Source: an uncultured Gemmatimonadaceae bacterium (lineage in GTDB: Bacteria > Gemmatimonadota > Gemmatimonadetes > Gemmatimonadales > Gemmatimonadaceae). Taken from it: 64,000 nt of DNA. Below are positions 9,364-19,310 of this stretch, one piece after another. The stretch spans positions 768,001-832,000 of the forward strand of contig CAWGJO010000020.1 of the NCBI GenBank assembly GCA_963822945.1, written 5' to 3'. How positions within the stretch are numbered: position 1 is the first letter of the stretch; each line of letters opens with the position of its first letter. A program made the position numbers and the translations under genes. The notes beneath the pieces were generated by a model. The model ran no database searches. It saw only the letters and a program-made list of their open reading frames with translations, and had not been told where the DNA came from.

Positions 9364-9986
9364 GGGAGATGCATCTGATGCTGGATCTCGATCAGCTTGA
9401 TTTCGAGAAGGGCGGTGGCCTGGTGACGATCGTCACGCAGGATGCCGCCTCCGGATGCGTGCTGATGCTCGCCCACGCGGATCGGGAAGCACTGGAGCAC
9501 ACCATCCGAACCGGAGAGATGCACTACCGGTCGCGCACCCGCGGGTTGTGGCACAAGGGCGCGACCAGCGGCAATCGGCAGCGCGTGGTCTCGCTCACCG
9601 CGGACTGCGATGGCGACGCGGTGCTGGCACTGGTGGAACCTCTGGGGCCGGCCTGTCACACCGGCCGCCAGTCGTGTTTCGATGCCCCCTCGTTCTCGTC
9701 CGATGCGCTGGCGCAACTCGACCGCACCATCACGGCCCGTGTCGCCCAACCGGGCGCGTCGGGGAGTTATACCCGCCGGCTCCTCGACGACCGCAATCTG
9801 CGGCTCAAGAAGATCGGCGAGGAAGCCGCAGAGTTCGTGCTCGCGTGTGCCGACGATGATTCGGAACGCGCGGCCAACGAGGCCGCCGACCTCTGGTACC
9901 ACAGCCTCGTGGCTTTGCATGCAGCCGGCGGATCCCTGTCGGCCATTCTCGCCATCCTGGCCACTCGAGCCGCATCGCCGCGCTAG
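9360..9986 (+). CDS. hisIE: Bifunctional phosphoribosyl-AMP cyclohydrolase / phosphoribosyl-ATP pyrophosphatase
   Basis: SRTRGLWHKGATSGN, DCDGD, ACHTGR.SCF, KKIGEEA.E, EAADL.YH; start may be 9378. Confidence 0.96.
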   Translation: MREMHLMLDLDQLDFEKGGGLVTIVTQDAASGCVLMLAHADREALEHTIRTGEMHYRSRTRGLWHKGATSGNRQRVVSLTADCDGDAVLALVEPLGPACHTGRQSCFDAPSFSSDALAQLDRTITARVAQPGASGSYTRRLLDDRNLRLKKIGEEAAEFVLACADDDSERAANEAADLWYHSLVALHAAGGSLSAILAILATRAASPR

Positions 9987-11305
9987 AACCGCGTGCTCAA
10001 CCAGGCAGGTACCTGCGTGGTGTCTCCCACGAATCCAAACCGAACATCGTGCATGTACTCGGCCGCCACGCGTCGGATGTCTTCCGGTGTGACCGTTCGT
10101 AGCGATGTCACGAAGTTCGCCGCTCGCCGATAATCGCCATCGTAGAGTTCGGCACGAGCCAGAAACGAAGCCTGATCCCCATTGGTCTCATTCTTCAGGA
10201 AGTAGTCGGTGATGAACTGCCCGACGAGCGTCCCCAGCCCCTCGGGGTCTACCAGGGTGGTCTTCAGCCGCTGCACCTCGGACGCCATGGCGTCGAGCGC
10301 CGCCGCCGGATCGGTGGTCGTGACATACAACCCGCCCACCCCGATGGCCCGTTCGAGAAACGGAGCCTCCACGGCGTAGGCCAGATGCCGCCGCGAGCGT
10401 ACTTCGGCGAACATGCGGCCACTCAGCACGGCGGTTGCGATCCGGAGCGCGGCATAGTCTCGAGTGCCCGCCCGGGGCCCCGGGTAGTAACCCAGGATGT
10501 AGTTCGTAGCCAGCGCTCGTTGGAGTCGTGCCACGTGCGCCGGCGCCGGTGTCAGATCGGGCGGCGGTTGCCACGTGTACGAACCAACGGGTAGCGTGCT
10601 CAGCGTGGTCCGGATGGCGCGCTCCAGTTGTGGCCGGCCGATATTTCCGACCACGACGACCAGCAGCCGGGATTGCACGACCTGCTGGTCGTGATAGGCG
10701 CGCACCGCGGCGGCCGTCAGACCCGCCAGCGACGTCGGGGTCCCGTTCGGGTCCAGCCGGTACGGGTGGTTCGCGTAGAGCAGGCTGTCGGCGAGTCGTG
10801 CCACCGCGACGTCCGGATCGGCCGCCGATTGGCGTGCTTCGGTGATCATCTGACGGCGTGTGCGCTCGATGTCGGCGGAGTCCAATCGCGGCGCGACGAG
10901 ACGGTCGGCGAACACGGCCCAGCTGGAGTCGAACGTCTGGCGGAGGGTGCGGAGACCGAACGTCGTCCAGTCCAGCGACGGGCTGACCGCAATGGTGGCG
11001 CCGGTTCGCGCGGTGATCGCGCGCAGTGCGGCCCGGGGGAACCGGCGGGTTCCCCCATCCGACGCATCCAGCATCAGCACCTCGATCCCTGCAGTCTGCT
11101 CGGTGAGTTGACGGGTGCCACCGAGCAGATAGACGTTCGCCGCCACCACGTCGTTTGCGCCGTTGTGCCGCAGAATGACCCGTACGTGATTCACCGTGAA
11201 GCTGGTCGTACTCGTGTCTACGGGCCCCTGCTGCGCGGCGACCGGAACGACTGCCGCCAGGGCCGCCATGATCGCGCCGAGCGCTACTCGAATCCCGCGC
11301 CTCAC
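9983..11305 (-). CDS. M16 peptidase family non-catalytic subunit with signal peptide
   Basis: M16 fold, RMFAEVR...LAY motif, no HxxEH, N-terminal signal ..VPVAA-Q; GTGA coupling to the upstream gene. Confidence 0.85.
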   Translation of the reverse strand: MRRGIRVALGAIMAALAAVVPVAAQQGPVDTSTTSFTVNHVRVILRHNGANDVVAANVYLLGGTRQLTEQTAGIEVLMLDASDGGTRRFPRAALRAITARTGATIAVSPSLDWTTFGLRTLRQTFDSSWAVFADRLVAPRLDSADIERTRRQMITEARQSAADPDVAVARLADSLLYANHPYRLDPNGTPTSLAGLTAAAVRAYHDQQVVQSRLLVVVVGNIGRPQLERAIRTTLSTLPVGSYTWQPPPDLTPAPAHVARLQRALATNYILGYYPGPRAGTRDYAALRIATAVLSGRMFAEVRSRRHLAYAVEAPFLERAIGVGGLYVTTTDPAAALDAMASEVQRLKTTLVDPEGLGTLVGQFITDYFLKNETNGDQASFLARAELYDGDYRRAANFVTSLRTVTPEDIRRVAAEYMHDVRFGFVGDTTQVPAWLSTRF

Positions 11306-12681
11306 CGGGGGGCCCCCCAGTGAGTCAGCTCCTCGGCCGTCAGGCGAATCGTCCGGTTCGCGTCGCGGTCGATGAGGACACCGCGAACGTGCGGCTTGCC
11401 GACGATGTACTTGCGCGCGTACCGCTGCAGATCGGGCACCGTTTCGTGGGCCATCGCGTCCACGTAGCCGAGATAGTAGTCCAACCCCGTGACGGCCCAC
11501 CAGAAGCCCAGTTGGTGTGCGAAACCCGAAGCGCGCTCCAGACCGAACATCGTTCCCGCAATGCGTTGCCGCTTCACCGGCTCCAGCTCCGCCGCCGAGA
11601 AGTAGCCGGAGTCGGCAAAGGCACGGATCTCCGATTCCAGTGCGGTGATCGCTTGCCGTACATGGGCGGGTGACGTCTCGCCGCTGATCGTGATCGGACC
11701 GACGTGATTCTGCGTGTAGTAGTTCACACCCAACGATTCGAACAGGCCGCTGTCCACCAGTCGATGTTGCAGTCGCGAGCCGGGTTGGTTCAGAACGTCA
11801 GAGAACACGTCCGCAGCATATGTGGAAGCCGGATCTTTCGAGGCGCTGGGTCCCTGCCACTGGAACATCACCAGGGCCGTCGCAATCGGTTCTTCCACCA
11901 GGACGCCCGTGTCGTGCGGCAGGGGAGGCACGGGGGGAATGGGCCACGTCTTGAACGGATCCGGACCACGCGCCCAGGCGCCGAATATTCGGCGCGCTGC
12001 GTCGAAGACGTGTTCCGGATCGACGTCGCCCGTGACGATCAGCGCTGAATTGTTCGGCACGTAGTAGCGATGCTGGATCTCCCGCATCTGTGCCGGTGTC
12101 GTGCTGAGGATGGACGCACGCTCTCCCAACGGGTTCTTGCGCGGCCATGCCGTTCGCCAGAGCGCCCGCCCCATGGCCTGCTGAAACGCGAACCCCGGTT
12201 CGGATTGGTCACGGTCGTACTCGCCGATGACCACGGCGCGTTCGCGGTCCAGTTCGTCTTCGCGGAACAGTGGCTTCATGACCGCAGAAGCCATGAGTCG
12301 CATTCCCGCATCGAGGCTATCCGACGGAAGCGTGAGATAGTAATTCACCCGCTCTTCCTGCGTGGAACCGTTGAAGTCGGCGCCAAGGGACGAAGCGCGT
12401 TGGGGAAACGCGTCCGGCTCCGGATAGTCCGAATCCGCCCGGAAGAACATGTGTTCGTACAGGTGCGCCAGCCCCTCATAGCCGGAATCCTGGGTGAATG
12501 ACCCGTTGCGAACGTCGATCTCAACGGTGGCCAGAGGAACACCGTGATTCTCCACGACGATCACCTCGAGACCGTTCGGCAGCACGGTCCGGCGGATGCT
12601 ACGTTCCAGCTCTGTTCGCTGACCGCGGGCAATCCCCGCCCCGATCGTCACGAGAGCGATCGCCAGCCGCAGGATGCGCAC
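11302..12681 (-). CDS. M16 zinc peptidase catalytic subunit with signal peptide
   Basis: LPNGL.VIV, GLAHLYEHMFF (HxxEH), ER.VVIGE; GTG start inferred. Confidence 0.9.
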   Translation of the reverse strand: MRILRLAIALVTIGAGIARGQRTELERSIRRTVLPNGLEVIVVENHGVPLATVEIDVRNGSFTQDSGYEGLAHLYEHMFFRADSDYPEPDAFPQRASSLGADFNGSTQEERVNYYLTLPSDSLDAGMRLMASAVMKPLFREDELDRERAVVIGEYDRDQSEPGFAFQQAMGRALWRTAWPRKNPLGERASILSTTPAQMREIQHRYYVPNNSALIVTGDVDPEHVFDAARRIFGAWARGPDPFKTWPIPPVPPLPHDTGVLVEEPIATALVMFQWQGPSASKDPASTYAADVFSDVLNQPGSRLQHRLVDSGLFESLGVNYYTQNHVGPITISGETSPAHVRQAITALESEIRAFADSGYFSAAELEPVKRQRIAGTMFGLERASGFAHQLGFWWAVTGLDYYLGYVDAMAHETVPDLQRYARKYIVGKPHVRGVLIDRDANRTIRLTAEELTHWGAPR

Positions 12682-12727
12682 GGGCTGTAGCGGCTTGCGT
12701 CCGGTCGATGTTTCTTTTGTGTTCACC

Positions 12728-13672
12728 ATGACTCCCACGTCTGCAGCACTTGATGCCCTCGTCGATCGACTCGGGCACGACCGCGTCCGGCGAGATGTTG
12801 TACTCGCCCCATTCACGACGTTCAAGATCGGCGGTCCGGCCGATCTGTTTTTCGAGGCAACGACTGCCGACGAATTGGTTGCGGCCGTCGCGGCCGCTCG
12901 AGCGCTCGAGATTCCGATCTTCCTCCTCGGCCTCGGTGCGAATATCCTGGTCGGCGACCGCGGGTTTCGTGGCTTGGTCATTCGCAACGTCGCGAGCCAT
13001 TGGACCATTGCCGACAACGGGCTTCTCTGGTCCGAAACCGGAGCGGTGATCGCCACGCTCATTCGCGAGTCGATTGCCCGCGGGTGGAGTGGCCTCGAGC
13101 ACTTTGCGGGCATTCCCAGTACGGTCGGCGGTGCCATCTGGCAGAATCTCCATTTCCTGTCGCCCGCACCAGCCCGAGAGCGGACGGTATTCATCGCCGA
13201 GATCTTCCGCTCCGCCGAGGTCCTGGATCTCGCAGGCACCCGCCACACGCTTCTCCAGGAAGACATGCGATTCGGCTACGACACCAGTCGCCTGCACGAT
13301 GGGCGGGACATCGCACTCTCCGCCACCTTCCAGCTCTCGCGCGGCGACCCGGCGGAGATGCATCGCGTCATGCAGGAGAATCTGAGTTGGAGGGGAGCTC
13401 GCCATCCCTGGCTCGATTGGTACCCCAGCGCAGGCTCCATCTTCCAGAAGATCGAGGGTCAGGGAGCCGGCCGGCTGATCGACGGAGCAGGGCTCAAGGG
13501 ACACCGGCATGGTGGCGCACAGATCTCGCATCTCCATGCCAACATCATCGTGAATCTTGGTTCCGCCACGGCTCGAGATGTCCGAGAACTGATTTCAATT
13601 GCCCAGACCGCCGTAGAGGACCGCTTTGGGGCTCATCTGACGCCTGAAATCGGATTCATCGGCGAGTTCTAG
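12728..13672 (+). CDS. murB: UDP-N-acetylmuramate dehydrogenase
   Basis: TTFKIGGPAD, LG.GANILV.D.G, GIPSTVGGA, SAGSIF, HANIIVN. Confidence 0.95.
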   Translation: MTPTSAALDALVDRLGHDRVRRDVVLAPFTTFKIGGPADLFFEATTADELVAAVAAARALEIPIFLLGLGANILVGDRGFRGLVIRNVASHWTIADNGLLWSETGAVIATLIRESIARGWSGLEHFAGIPSTVGGAIWQNLHFLSPAPARERTVFIAEIFRSAEVLDLAGTRHTLLQEDMRFGYDTSRLHDGRDIALSATFQLSRGDPAEMHRVMQENLSWRGARHPWLDWYPSAGSIFQKIEGQGAGRLIDGAGLKGHRHGGAQISHLHANIIVNLGSATARDVRELISIAQTAVEDRFGAHLTPEIGFIGEF

Positions 13673-13776
13673 CCGTTGGGCTGACGCGAGTGCGAATTCC
13701 AGAATGATCCTTGATTGTTGGCATTACTGGCTTGTAACTCTGACGATAGTGGCCTAGCTGTGTCGCCAATTCTTGT

Positions 13777-14130
13777 CTATTTGGCTGATTTTAGCCAAGC
13801 AGTCCATTGCGCTTCCGCGAGTCCGATGGAGAGATCGTTCCCCTTCCTGACCAACGGCATTCGCAACAGCAGGGGCTCCTCCACCAACAAGTCCATCCAG
13901 CGCTGGTCTCCGAACACCGCATGCTTGAGTCCGAGTTCTCGGTGCCGGACAGATTCGTTATCCACGAGCGCCTTTACACCGAATTTCTGCGCAAAGCGCT
14001 TCAACTCACCGGGAGACGCCGGTCTCTCTTGGAGATCGACGAAGTGGGTCTTCACCCGGCGCTCGGAGAAGAAGCGGAGGGCCTTCCTCGTATCGGCGCT
14101 CTTCTTGATGCCAAAGATCTGCACGTCCAC
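13777..14130 (-). CDS. ArsC/Spx/YffB family thioredoxin-fold protein
   Basis: QIFG.KKSADTRKA.RFF.ER, P.LLRMPLVR; GGAGGG upstream of the GTG. Confidence 0.85.
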   Translation of the reverse strand: MDVQIFGIKKSADTRKALRFFSERRVKTHFVDLQERPASPGELKRFAQKFGVKALVDNESVRHRELGLKHAVFGDQRWMDLLVEEPLLLRMPLVRKGNDLSIGLAEAQWTAWLKSAK

Positions 14131-14184
14131 CCAGTCGCCCTCCAGGATCGACAGTTCCGTACGAGACACACGAGCCGGTACTGA

Positions 14185-15186
14185 ATGGTAATCGGCCCCC
14201 CACACGATCCCCCAGCGTTCACGCCGGCGTGGTGGGTGCCCGGCCCGCACGCACAAACGCTCTGGGGCAAGTTGGCCCGCCGTATTTCTCTTCCGCCAAC
14301 AGGCTATCTCGAGCGCTGGGATACTCCGGACGGAGATTTTCTCGACGTGTTTCGTGTTCCGGCTCCGCCCGGCGCTCCCAGGTTGCTGGTCCTCCATGGC
14401 CTGGAGGGCACGCTTCGGTCCCATTACGCCCGGGGGATCCTTCGACGCGCGGCGGCCGCGGGCTGGGCGGCTGATCTTCTGATCTTTCGGGGCTGTGGCG
14501 CCGAACTGAATCGAGCACCCCGATTCTATCACTCAGGCGAGACTGGCGATCCGGCATTCGTCGCGGCACGCATCACCCGGGAGCACCCGCGTGCTCCGCT
14601 CTTCGTGGTCGGCTACTCGCTCGGCGGCAATGTGCTTCTCAAGTGGCTGGGCGAACGAACCGTGTCTGTTCCGCCGCAGATCCGCGCAGCGGCAGCGGTT
14701 TCCGTTCCCTTCGATCTCGAGGCCGGCGCCGCGTACATCCACCAGGGGTTCTCGCGCGTCTATGAGCGACATTTCCTGCGCACGCTCAAGGCCAAGGCGG
14801 CGGCCAAGCTACGGCGATTCCCGGGATTACTGGACGTCGAGGCCCTCCAAGCCGCCCAGAGCATTATCGCGTTTGACGAGGTGGTGACGGCGCCCATTCA
14901 CGGCTTTGCGAGCGCACACGAGTACTACAGCCGCTCCAGTGCCGCTGGATTCCTCTCCGGCGTCGATACGCCGACCATGCTCATCGGCGCCTATGACGAT
15001 CCCTTCCTTCCGCCCGAAGTGTTGCGCCGGGTCAGCCTTGTTGCCGCTGAAAACCCGCGGCTGCATCCCTGTTTTTCGGCCGCGGGCGGACATGTAGGGT
15101 TCGTCGCCGGAAACGTGCCTGGCCAGACCGTCTACTTTTCCGAGGACAGGATCATGGCATTCTTCCGGGCACATTTGGAAGCCTAG
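14185..15186 (+). CDS. YheT-family alpha/beta hydrolase
   Basis: H.QTL, HGLEG, FRGC, YHSG.T.D, GYSLGGN nucleophile elbow, DDPF, GGHVGF. Confidence 0.92.
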   Translation: MVIGPPHDPPAFTPAWWVPGPHAQTLWGKLARRISLPPTGYLERWDTPDGDFLDVFRVPAPPGAPRLLVLHGLEGTLRSHYARGILRRAAAAGWAADLLIFRGCGAELNRAPRFYHSGETGDPAFVAARITREHPRAPLFVVGYSLGGNVLLKWLGERTVSVPPQIRAAAAVSVPFDLEAGAAYIHQGFSRVYERHFLRTLKAKAAAKLRRFPGLLDVEALQAAQSIIAFDEVVTAPIHGFASAHEYYSRSSAAGFLSGVDTPTMLIGAYDDPFLPPEVLRRVSLVAAENPRLHPCFSAAGGHVGFVAGNVPGQTVYFSEDRIMAFFRAHLEA

Positions 15187-15275
15187 CTCGGCAGGTGTTA
15201 CGATGCAGATTAGGTTCCCTGCCTCGCCTCTTCCCGTCCTCTGCCCCGCAACCGAGTGAGCAGGCATCGCCATCC

Positions 15276-15809
15276 ATGCTGATCCTCTGGTCCCTCGCCA
15301 TTACCGCAGGATTGCTGGTACTGGTCTATCTGATGGTCTTTGGCGTGCCACATTCCACGGTCACCGCCGAAGCTGGTTCCATCGGACGGCCCCGTACCGG
15401 CCTGCCGATGGTGGGGGCGTTTTCGACGGGAGCCGGACTTGCCGGCTACCTGACCATGAGCTTCTCGAGCATGGATCAAGGTGCCCGCTCGGCGCTCATC
15501 GTGGGCGTTGCATGTCTCTCGGCACTCGCCACTCGTTGGCTCGTCATCAAGGCATTCACGGAGCCGCCGCCGGATCCCGAGGACGATCCCCGCTATCGAT
15601 ATCAGGGACACGTCGCTCGCCTTACGCAGGCCATCACGCCAGATCATCCCGGGCGTTTGTTGTTCGAGGCCGACGGGCGCCGCTTTGAACTTGCGGCGCA
15701 GTCCATTGACGGCGCGCCCGTGCCCAGGGACACGGAAGTCGTGATCGAACGCATCGATGATGATCTCGCAACCGTCGAGTTGTGGACGACCGTGGAACAG
15801 CGCCTGTAG
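15276..15809 (+). CDS. NfeD-like membrane protein with C-terminal OB fold
   Basis: Three hydrophobic segments followed by G...I.....G......G......A.S.DG......EVVI..I. Confidence 0.75.
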   Translation: MLILWSLAITAGLLVLVYLMVFGVPHSTVTAEAGSIGRPRTGLPMVGAFSTGAGLAGYLTMSFSSMDQGARSALIVGVACLSALATRWLVIKAFTEPPPDPEDDPRYRYQGHVARLTQAITPDHPGRLLFEADGRRFELAAQSIDGAPVPRDTEVVIERIDDDLATVELWTTVEQRL

Positions 15810-15840
15810 GTCGGGAGTCTCTGCGTCGGGAGTTGTCGGG

Positions 15841-16116
15841 ATGCGTTATGCCATCTGGTTTGCGGTCGTGTTCGTCGGATTCTTCGTTCTGCGCGGCATC
15901 GCCGCAACGTGGCTCTTCCTCTTCCTGCTTCCCCGGGGCGATCGCTGCCCGAATTGCGATGAGGTGACTCTCCGGGTCCAGGCGCATGGCTGGAATCGAT
16001 TCCTGCCCTGGTTCCGTACAAGCTGGTGTTATCGGTGTGGATGGGAGGGGCTGTTGCGCGAGGATCCGACCGAGACGCGGCACGATGCCGTTTCGCCTCG
16101 CCACCAACAGCTATGA
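15841..16116 (+). CDS. Small membrane-anchored zinc-ribbon protein
   Basis: N-terminal TM segment, CPNC and CYRC pairs. Confidence 0.7.
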   Translation: MRYAIWFAVVFVGFFVLRGIAATWLFLFLLPRGDRCPNCDEVTLRVQAHGWNRFLPWFRTSWCYRCGWEGLLREDPTETRHDAVSPRHQQL

Positions 16117-16117
16117 G

Positions 16118-16399
16118 TCACACCGCCGAAGCGTATACCCGGAGCCAATCGGGCCAGTTACCGCTCAGCTCGAAATAGTCGTCAAAGTACCGGAGGCCCA
16201 CTGCATCAAGTTCATTGAAGAAGTCGTTGAGTCCTTCCCCGTAGATCGGTCCGATGACGACGAGGTTTCCCTCGACCCGGAATTCATCGGCGGTCAGCCC
16301 GAGTCGCTCATCGATCTGGGCGCGGGAGAGCCCGCTCTGTTCGTACGCGGCGCGGCGGATGCAGAGTGTTGGTGCATTGCTCGTAACGGGCAGTGGCAT
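16118..16399 (-). CDS. Hypothetical protein (93 aa)
   Basis: Clean ORF with GGAG RBS and globular composition, filling the gap between genes. Confidence 0.7.
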   Translation of the reverse strand: MPLPVTSNAPTLCIRRAAYEQSGLSRAQIDERLGLTADEFRVEGNLVVIGPIYGEGLNDFFNELDAVGLRYFDDYFELSGNWPDWLRVYASAV

Positions 16400-16475
16400 G
16401 GGGGCTCCATAGATTGATCATTCCCCGAAAGCTAGTGGGCATCCGGGGACGACCATACGTGATCCTGGCCGAGTC

Positions 16476-18398
16476 ATGAACACATTCGAAGCGGTTTTCG
16501 ACGTCGTGGTAATTGGGGGCGGGCATGCCGGCGCAGAAGCGGCGGTGGCCGCTGCCCGCACCGGTGCGCGAGTCTGTCTTGTTACCACAGCTATCGAGAC
16601 GATTGGTCAGATGTCCTGTAATCCCGCAATCGGGGGAGTGGCCAAGGGAACCGTCGTGCGTGAAGTGGATGCGTTGGGCGGGGTCATGGCCCGTGCGGCG
16701 GACTTGGCGTGTCTTCAATTCCGGATGCTGAACCGCAGCAAGGGGCCTGCGGTCTGGGCACCTCGCGCCCAGTGTGATCGCGGGCTGTATCGACGGGCGG
16801 TTCGTTCATTGCTCGAAGACCACGCGGGCCTGTCCATCGTTCAGGCAACAGTGGCTCGCCTGGTGCTCGATGATGCCGGGCAGACCGTGCTCGGGGTGGA
16901 GACGCTCGAAGGACGGCGGTTCGGTGCTGCTGCCGTCGTCATCACCACCGGCACGTTTCTGCGAGGCCGCATCCATATCGGCACGACGACTCACTTTGCG
17001 GGAGGTCGGGCCGGAGAGCGTGCGACCGTGTCGCTTGCCGAGCAGATCGAAGGCATGGGTCTCATGGTGGCCCGATTCAAGACCGGGACGCCACCACGCA
17101 TCGACGGCAGGACGGTGAACTACGGCGTCATGACGCGCCAGGATACGGAGATCGATGCGTTCGACTTTTCCTGGTCCCACTTCTGGGAGACTCCGCGAGC
17201 CTCCCTGGGCCGCACTCGGCATCCGTCGCAGTTGCCCTGCTGGATTGCCTACACGGGTCCCGACGCACACGCGATCATCCGGGAGAACATCGAGAAGTCC
17301 GCGATGTACGGCGGTGCTATTGGAAGCCGGGGCCCTCGCTACTGTCCCTCCGTCGAAGACAAGATCGTTCGGTTTCCCGATGCGTCGCGCCATCAACTAT
17401 TCCTGGAGCCGGAGGGCTTGGACACCGCGGAGCTGTACGTGAATGGGCTGTCCACGTCCCTTCCGCCGGACGTGCAGATCTTGCTGTTGCGTAGCATCCC
17501 GGGGTTGGAACACGTACAGATGACACGGCCGGGATATGCCATCGAGTACGACTACTGCATCCCGACACAATTGGAGCCGACCCTTCGTGTGCGGGCGGTG
17601 GCAGGCTTGTATCTGGCGGGCCAGATCAACGGAACCACGGGATACGAAGAGGCAGCCGGTCAGGGATTGGTGGCCGGCTTGAATGCGGGGCTCGCGGCAC
17701 AGAACCGTCCTCCGGTTATTCTCGGGCGTGAGACGTCGTACATCGGAGTGCTGATCGATGATCTCGTGACGCGAGGCGTCGACGAGCCGTATCGGTTGTT
17801 CACCTCGCGCTCCGAATTTCGGTTGACGGTTCGGCAGGACAATGCCGTCCGGCGCCTTGGCCCGCTTGCGCGAGATCTCGGTCTGTTGGGGCCATCGGAG
17901 ATGAGACTCCTCGCAACCCGTCTGGCATCGGAAGACCGTGTGCTCGACATTGCACGGAACACGAGTATCTCGCCCCAGCAGGCCATGCCGATTCTTGCCG
18001 CTGCGGGCAGTACATCGCTTCCCCATGCTCAGCGAATTGGTGAAGTCGTGAAGCGGCAGGGCGTCGCACTGGCGGACTTGCTGGCTGCTGCTGGCATTGC
18101 CAACGCCGCGGATCGGGAAGTGGTAACGGCCGTGGAATTGGAGCTCAAGTACTCGGGGTATTTCGAGCGTGAGCGGACGCAGGCCGACCAGCTACGTCGC
18201 ATGGGGGGGGTCGTTCTGGACGGAGGGCTTCCGTATCACGAGATGAGGTCGCTTTCCATTGAAGCCAGGCAGAAGCTTGCCGCCCAGCGGCCCGTGAGCG
18301 TCGCGCAGGCTTCTCGCATTCCCGGCATCAGCCCCACGGATTTGCAGAATCTCGTGATCGAGGCAACCCGACGACAACGTGCTTCTCATTCAGAATAG
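16476..18398 (+). CDS. mnmG: tRNA uridine-5-carboxymethylaminomethyl(34) synthesis enzyme
   Basis: GGGHAG.EAA, MSCNPAIGG, KTGTPPR, GPRYCPS.EDK, AGQINGTTGYEEAA. Confidence 0.98.
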   Translation: MNTFEAVFDVVVIGGGHAGAEAAVAAARTGARVCLVTTAIETIGQMSCNPAIGGVAKGTVVREVDALGGVMARAADLACLQFRMLNRSKGPAVWAPRAQCDRGLYRRAVRSLLEDHAGLSIVQATVARLVLDDAGQTVLGVETLEGRRFGAAAVVITTGTFLRGRIHIGTTTHFAGGRAGERATVSLAEQIEGMGLMVARFKTGTPPRIDGRTVNYGVMTRQDTEIDAFDFSWSHFWETPRASLGRTRHPSQLPCWIAYTGPDAHAIIRENIEKSAMYGGAIGSRGPRYCPSVEDKIVRFPDASRHQLFLEPEGLDTAELYVNGLSTSLPPDVQILLLRSIPGLEHVQMTRPGYAIEYDYCIPTQLEPTLRVRAVAGLYLAGQINGTTGYEEAAGQGLVAGLNAGLAAQNRPPVILGRETSYIGVLIDDLVTRGVDEPYRLFTSRSEFRLTVRQDNAVRRLGPLARDLGLLGPSEMRLLATRLASEDRVLDIARNTSISPQQAMPILAAAGSTSLPHAQRIGEVVKRQGVALADLLAAAGIANAADREVVTAVELELKYSGYFERERTQADQLRRMGGVVLDGGLPYHEMRSLSIEARQKLAAQRPVSVAQASRIPGISPTDLQNLVIEATRRQRASHSE

Positions 18399-18551
18399 TG
18401 TTCTGTCTGACGGCGCAACCGGAAGTAGACAGTTAGTAGCACTAGGATATTAAGTAAAGTAAAATAGTGATTATGCGGCACTAAATACGGTCGACGCTGG
18501 CGGCAAGCGCCCCTCCCTGCTCTTGACCGTTCCTATCGCGAAGGAGGACCA

Positions 18552-19274
18552 ATGAAACGTTCTGCCCGATGGATGATCGTCCCCTGCCTGTTGCTGGTGG
18601 GATCTTCCGTTGCCGCGCAACAGGCATCACATGAATCTCGGCCGTCTCTGATCACCGTTTCAGCTCGAGGCGAGGTTCAGGCAGTTCCGGACCGGGCGTA
18701 CGTCCTGTTGAGCGTGCAAACGCGCAGTGTTACGGCGGCAGGAGCAGCGGGGGAGAATGCATCGAAGCAGACCGCCGTTATTGCTGCATTGCGCTCGCTG
18801 GGTATCGCTGCGTCTCGGATATCGACTCAGAATTACACGGTGACCCCTGAAACTCGGAACGACACCGGAAATCACACCCCCAGAGTCGTGAGCTATCTCG
18901 TTTCCAACTCGATTCGGGTCGAGATTTCCGATCTTTCGCTCGTCGGAAAGGTCATCGACGCCTCGCTCTCACACGGGGCAAATCAAGTCGCTTCACTGAG
19001 CTTCTTCGAATCGGACGCCGATCGTCTTTACCGGGCCGCTCTGACATTGGCTGTTTCGAATGCCAAGGCCCAAGCCAACGTTATGGCAGTTGCCGCCGGG
19101 GGGCATTTGGGCGGCCTGGTTGAGCTGAACTCAGCCGGGTCTCAGTTTCCATCTCCAGTCATGGGCAACGTCCGAATGGCGACCTTTGCAGCTGCAGAGA
19201 CCCCAATTATGCCAGGACAGGACATGATTCAGGCTTCTGTCACGGGAAAGTGGGTCTTCGTGCCGAATCAGTAG
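18552..19274 (+). CDS. SIMPL (DUF541) periplasmic protein
   Basis: Signal peptide, ITVSARGEV...PD, A...AK.QA..MA.A.G..LG; AAGGAGG RBS. Confidence 0.9.
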   Translation: MKRSARWMIVPCLLLVGSSVAAQQASHESRPSLITVSARGEVQAVPDRAYVLLSVQTRSVTAAGAAGENASKQTAVIAALRSLGIAASRISTQNYTVTPETRNDTGNHTPRVVSYLVSNSIRVEISDLSLVGKVIDASLSHGANQVASLSFFESDADRLYRAALTLAVSNAKAQANVMAVAAGGHLGGLVELNSAGSQFPSPVMGNVRMATFAAAETPIMPGQDMIQASVTGKWVFVPNQ

Positions 19275-19294
19275 TCGGGTCCTCCATGGGGTCA

Positions 19295-19310
19295 TGTTCC
19301 ACGTGGAACA
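19295..19310. promoter_or_regulatory. parS: parS centromere site
   Basis: TGTTCCACGTGGAACA palindrome matching the parS consensus, about 85 bp before parA. Confidence 0.93.

Noticed and set aside
7731..9920. 729-aa minus-strand ORF, and similar long antisense ORFs (750..1457, 4703..5671, 25094..26845, 60480..61691)
   Set aside because: Shadow ORFs opposite or overlapping well-supported genes in high-GC DNA; no recognisable motifs.
12682..13266. Long N-terminal extensions in the ORF track (M16 to 13266, upp to 43321, queF from 58673, SPOR from 51225, TetR from 43598)
   Set aside because: They overlap neighbouring real genes; downstream starts fit the family N-termini and gene coupling.
18399..18551. 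AT-rich gap after mnmG as an ncRNA or origin
   Set aside because: No recognisable RNA motif or DnaA-box cluster; most simply the promoter region of the SIMPL gene.
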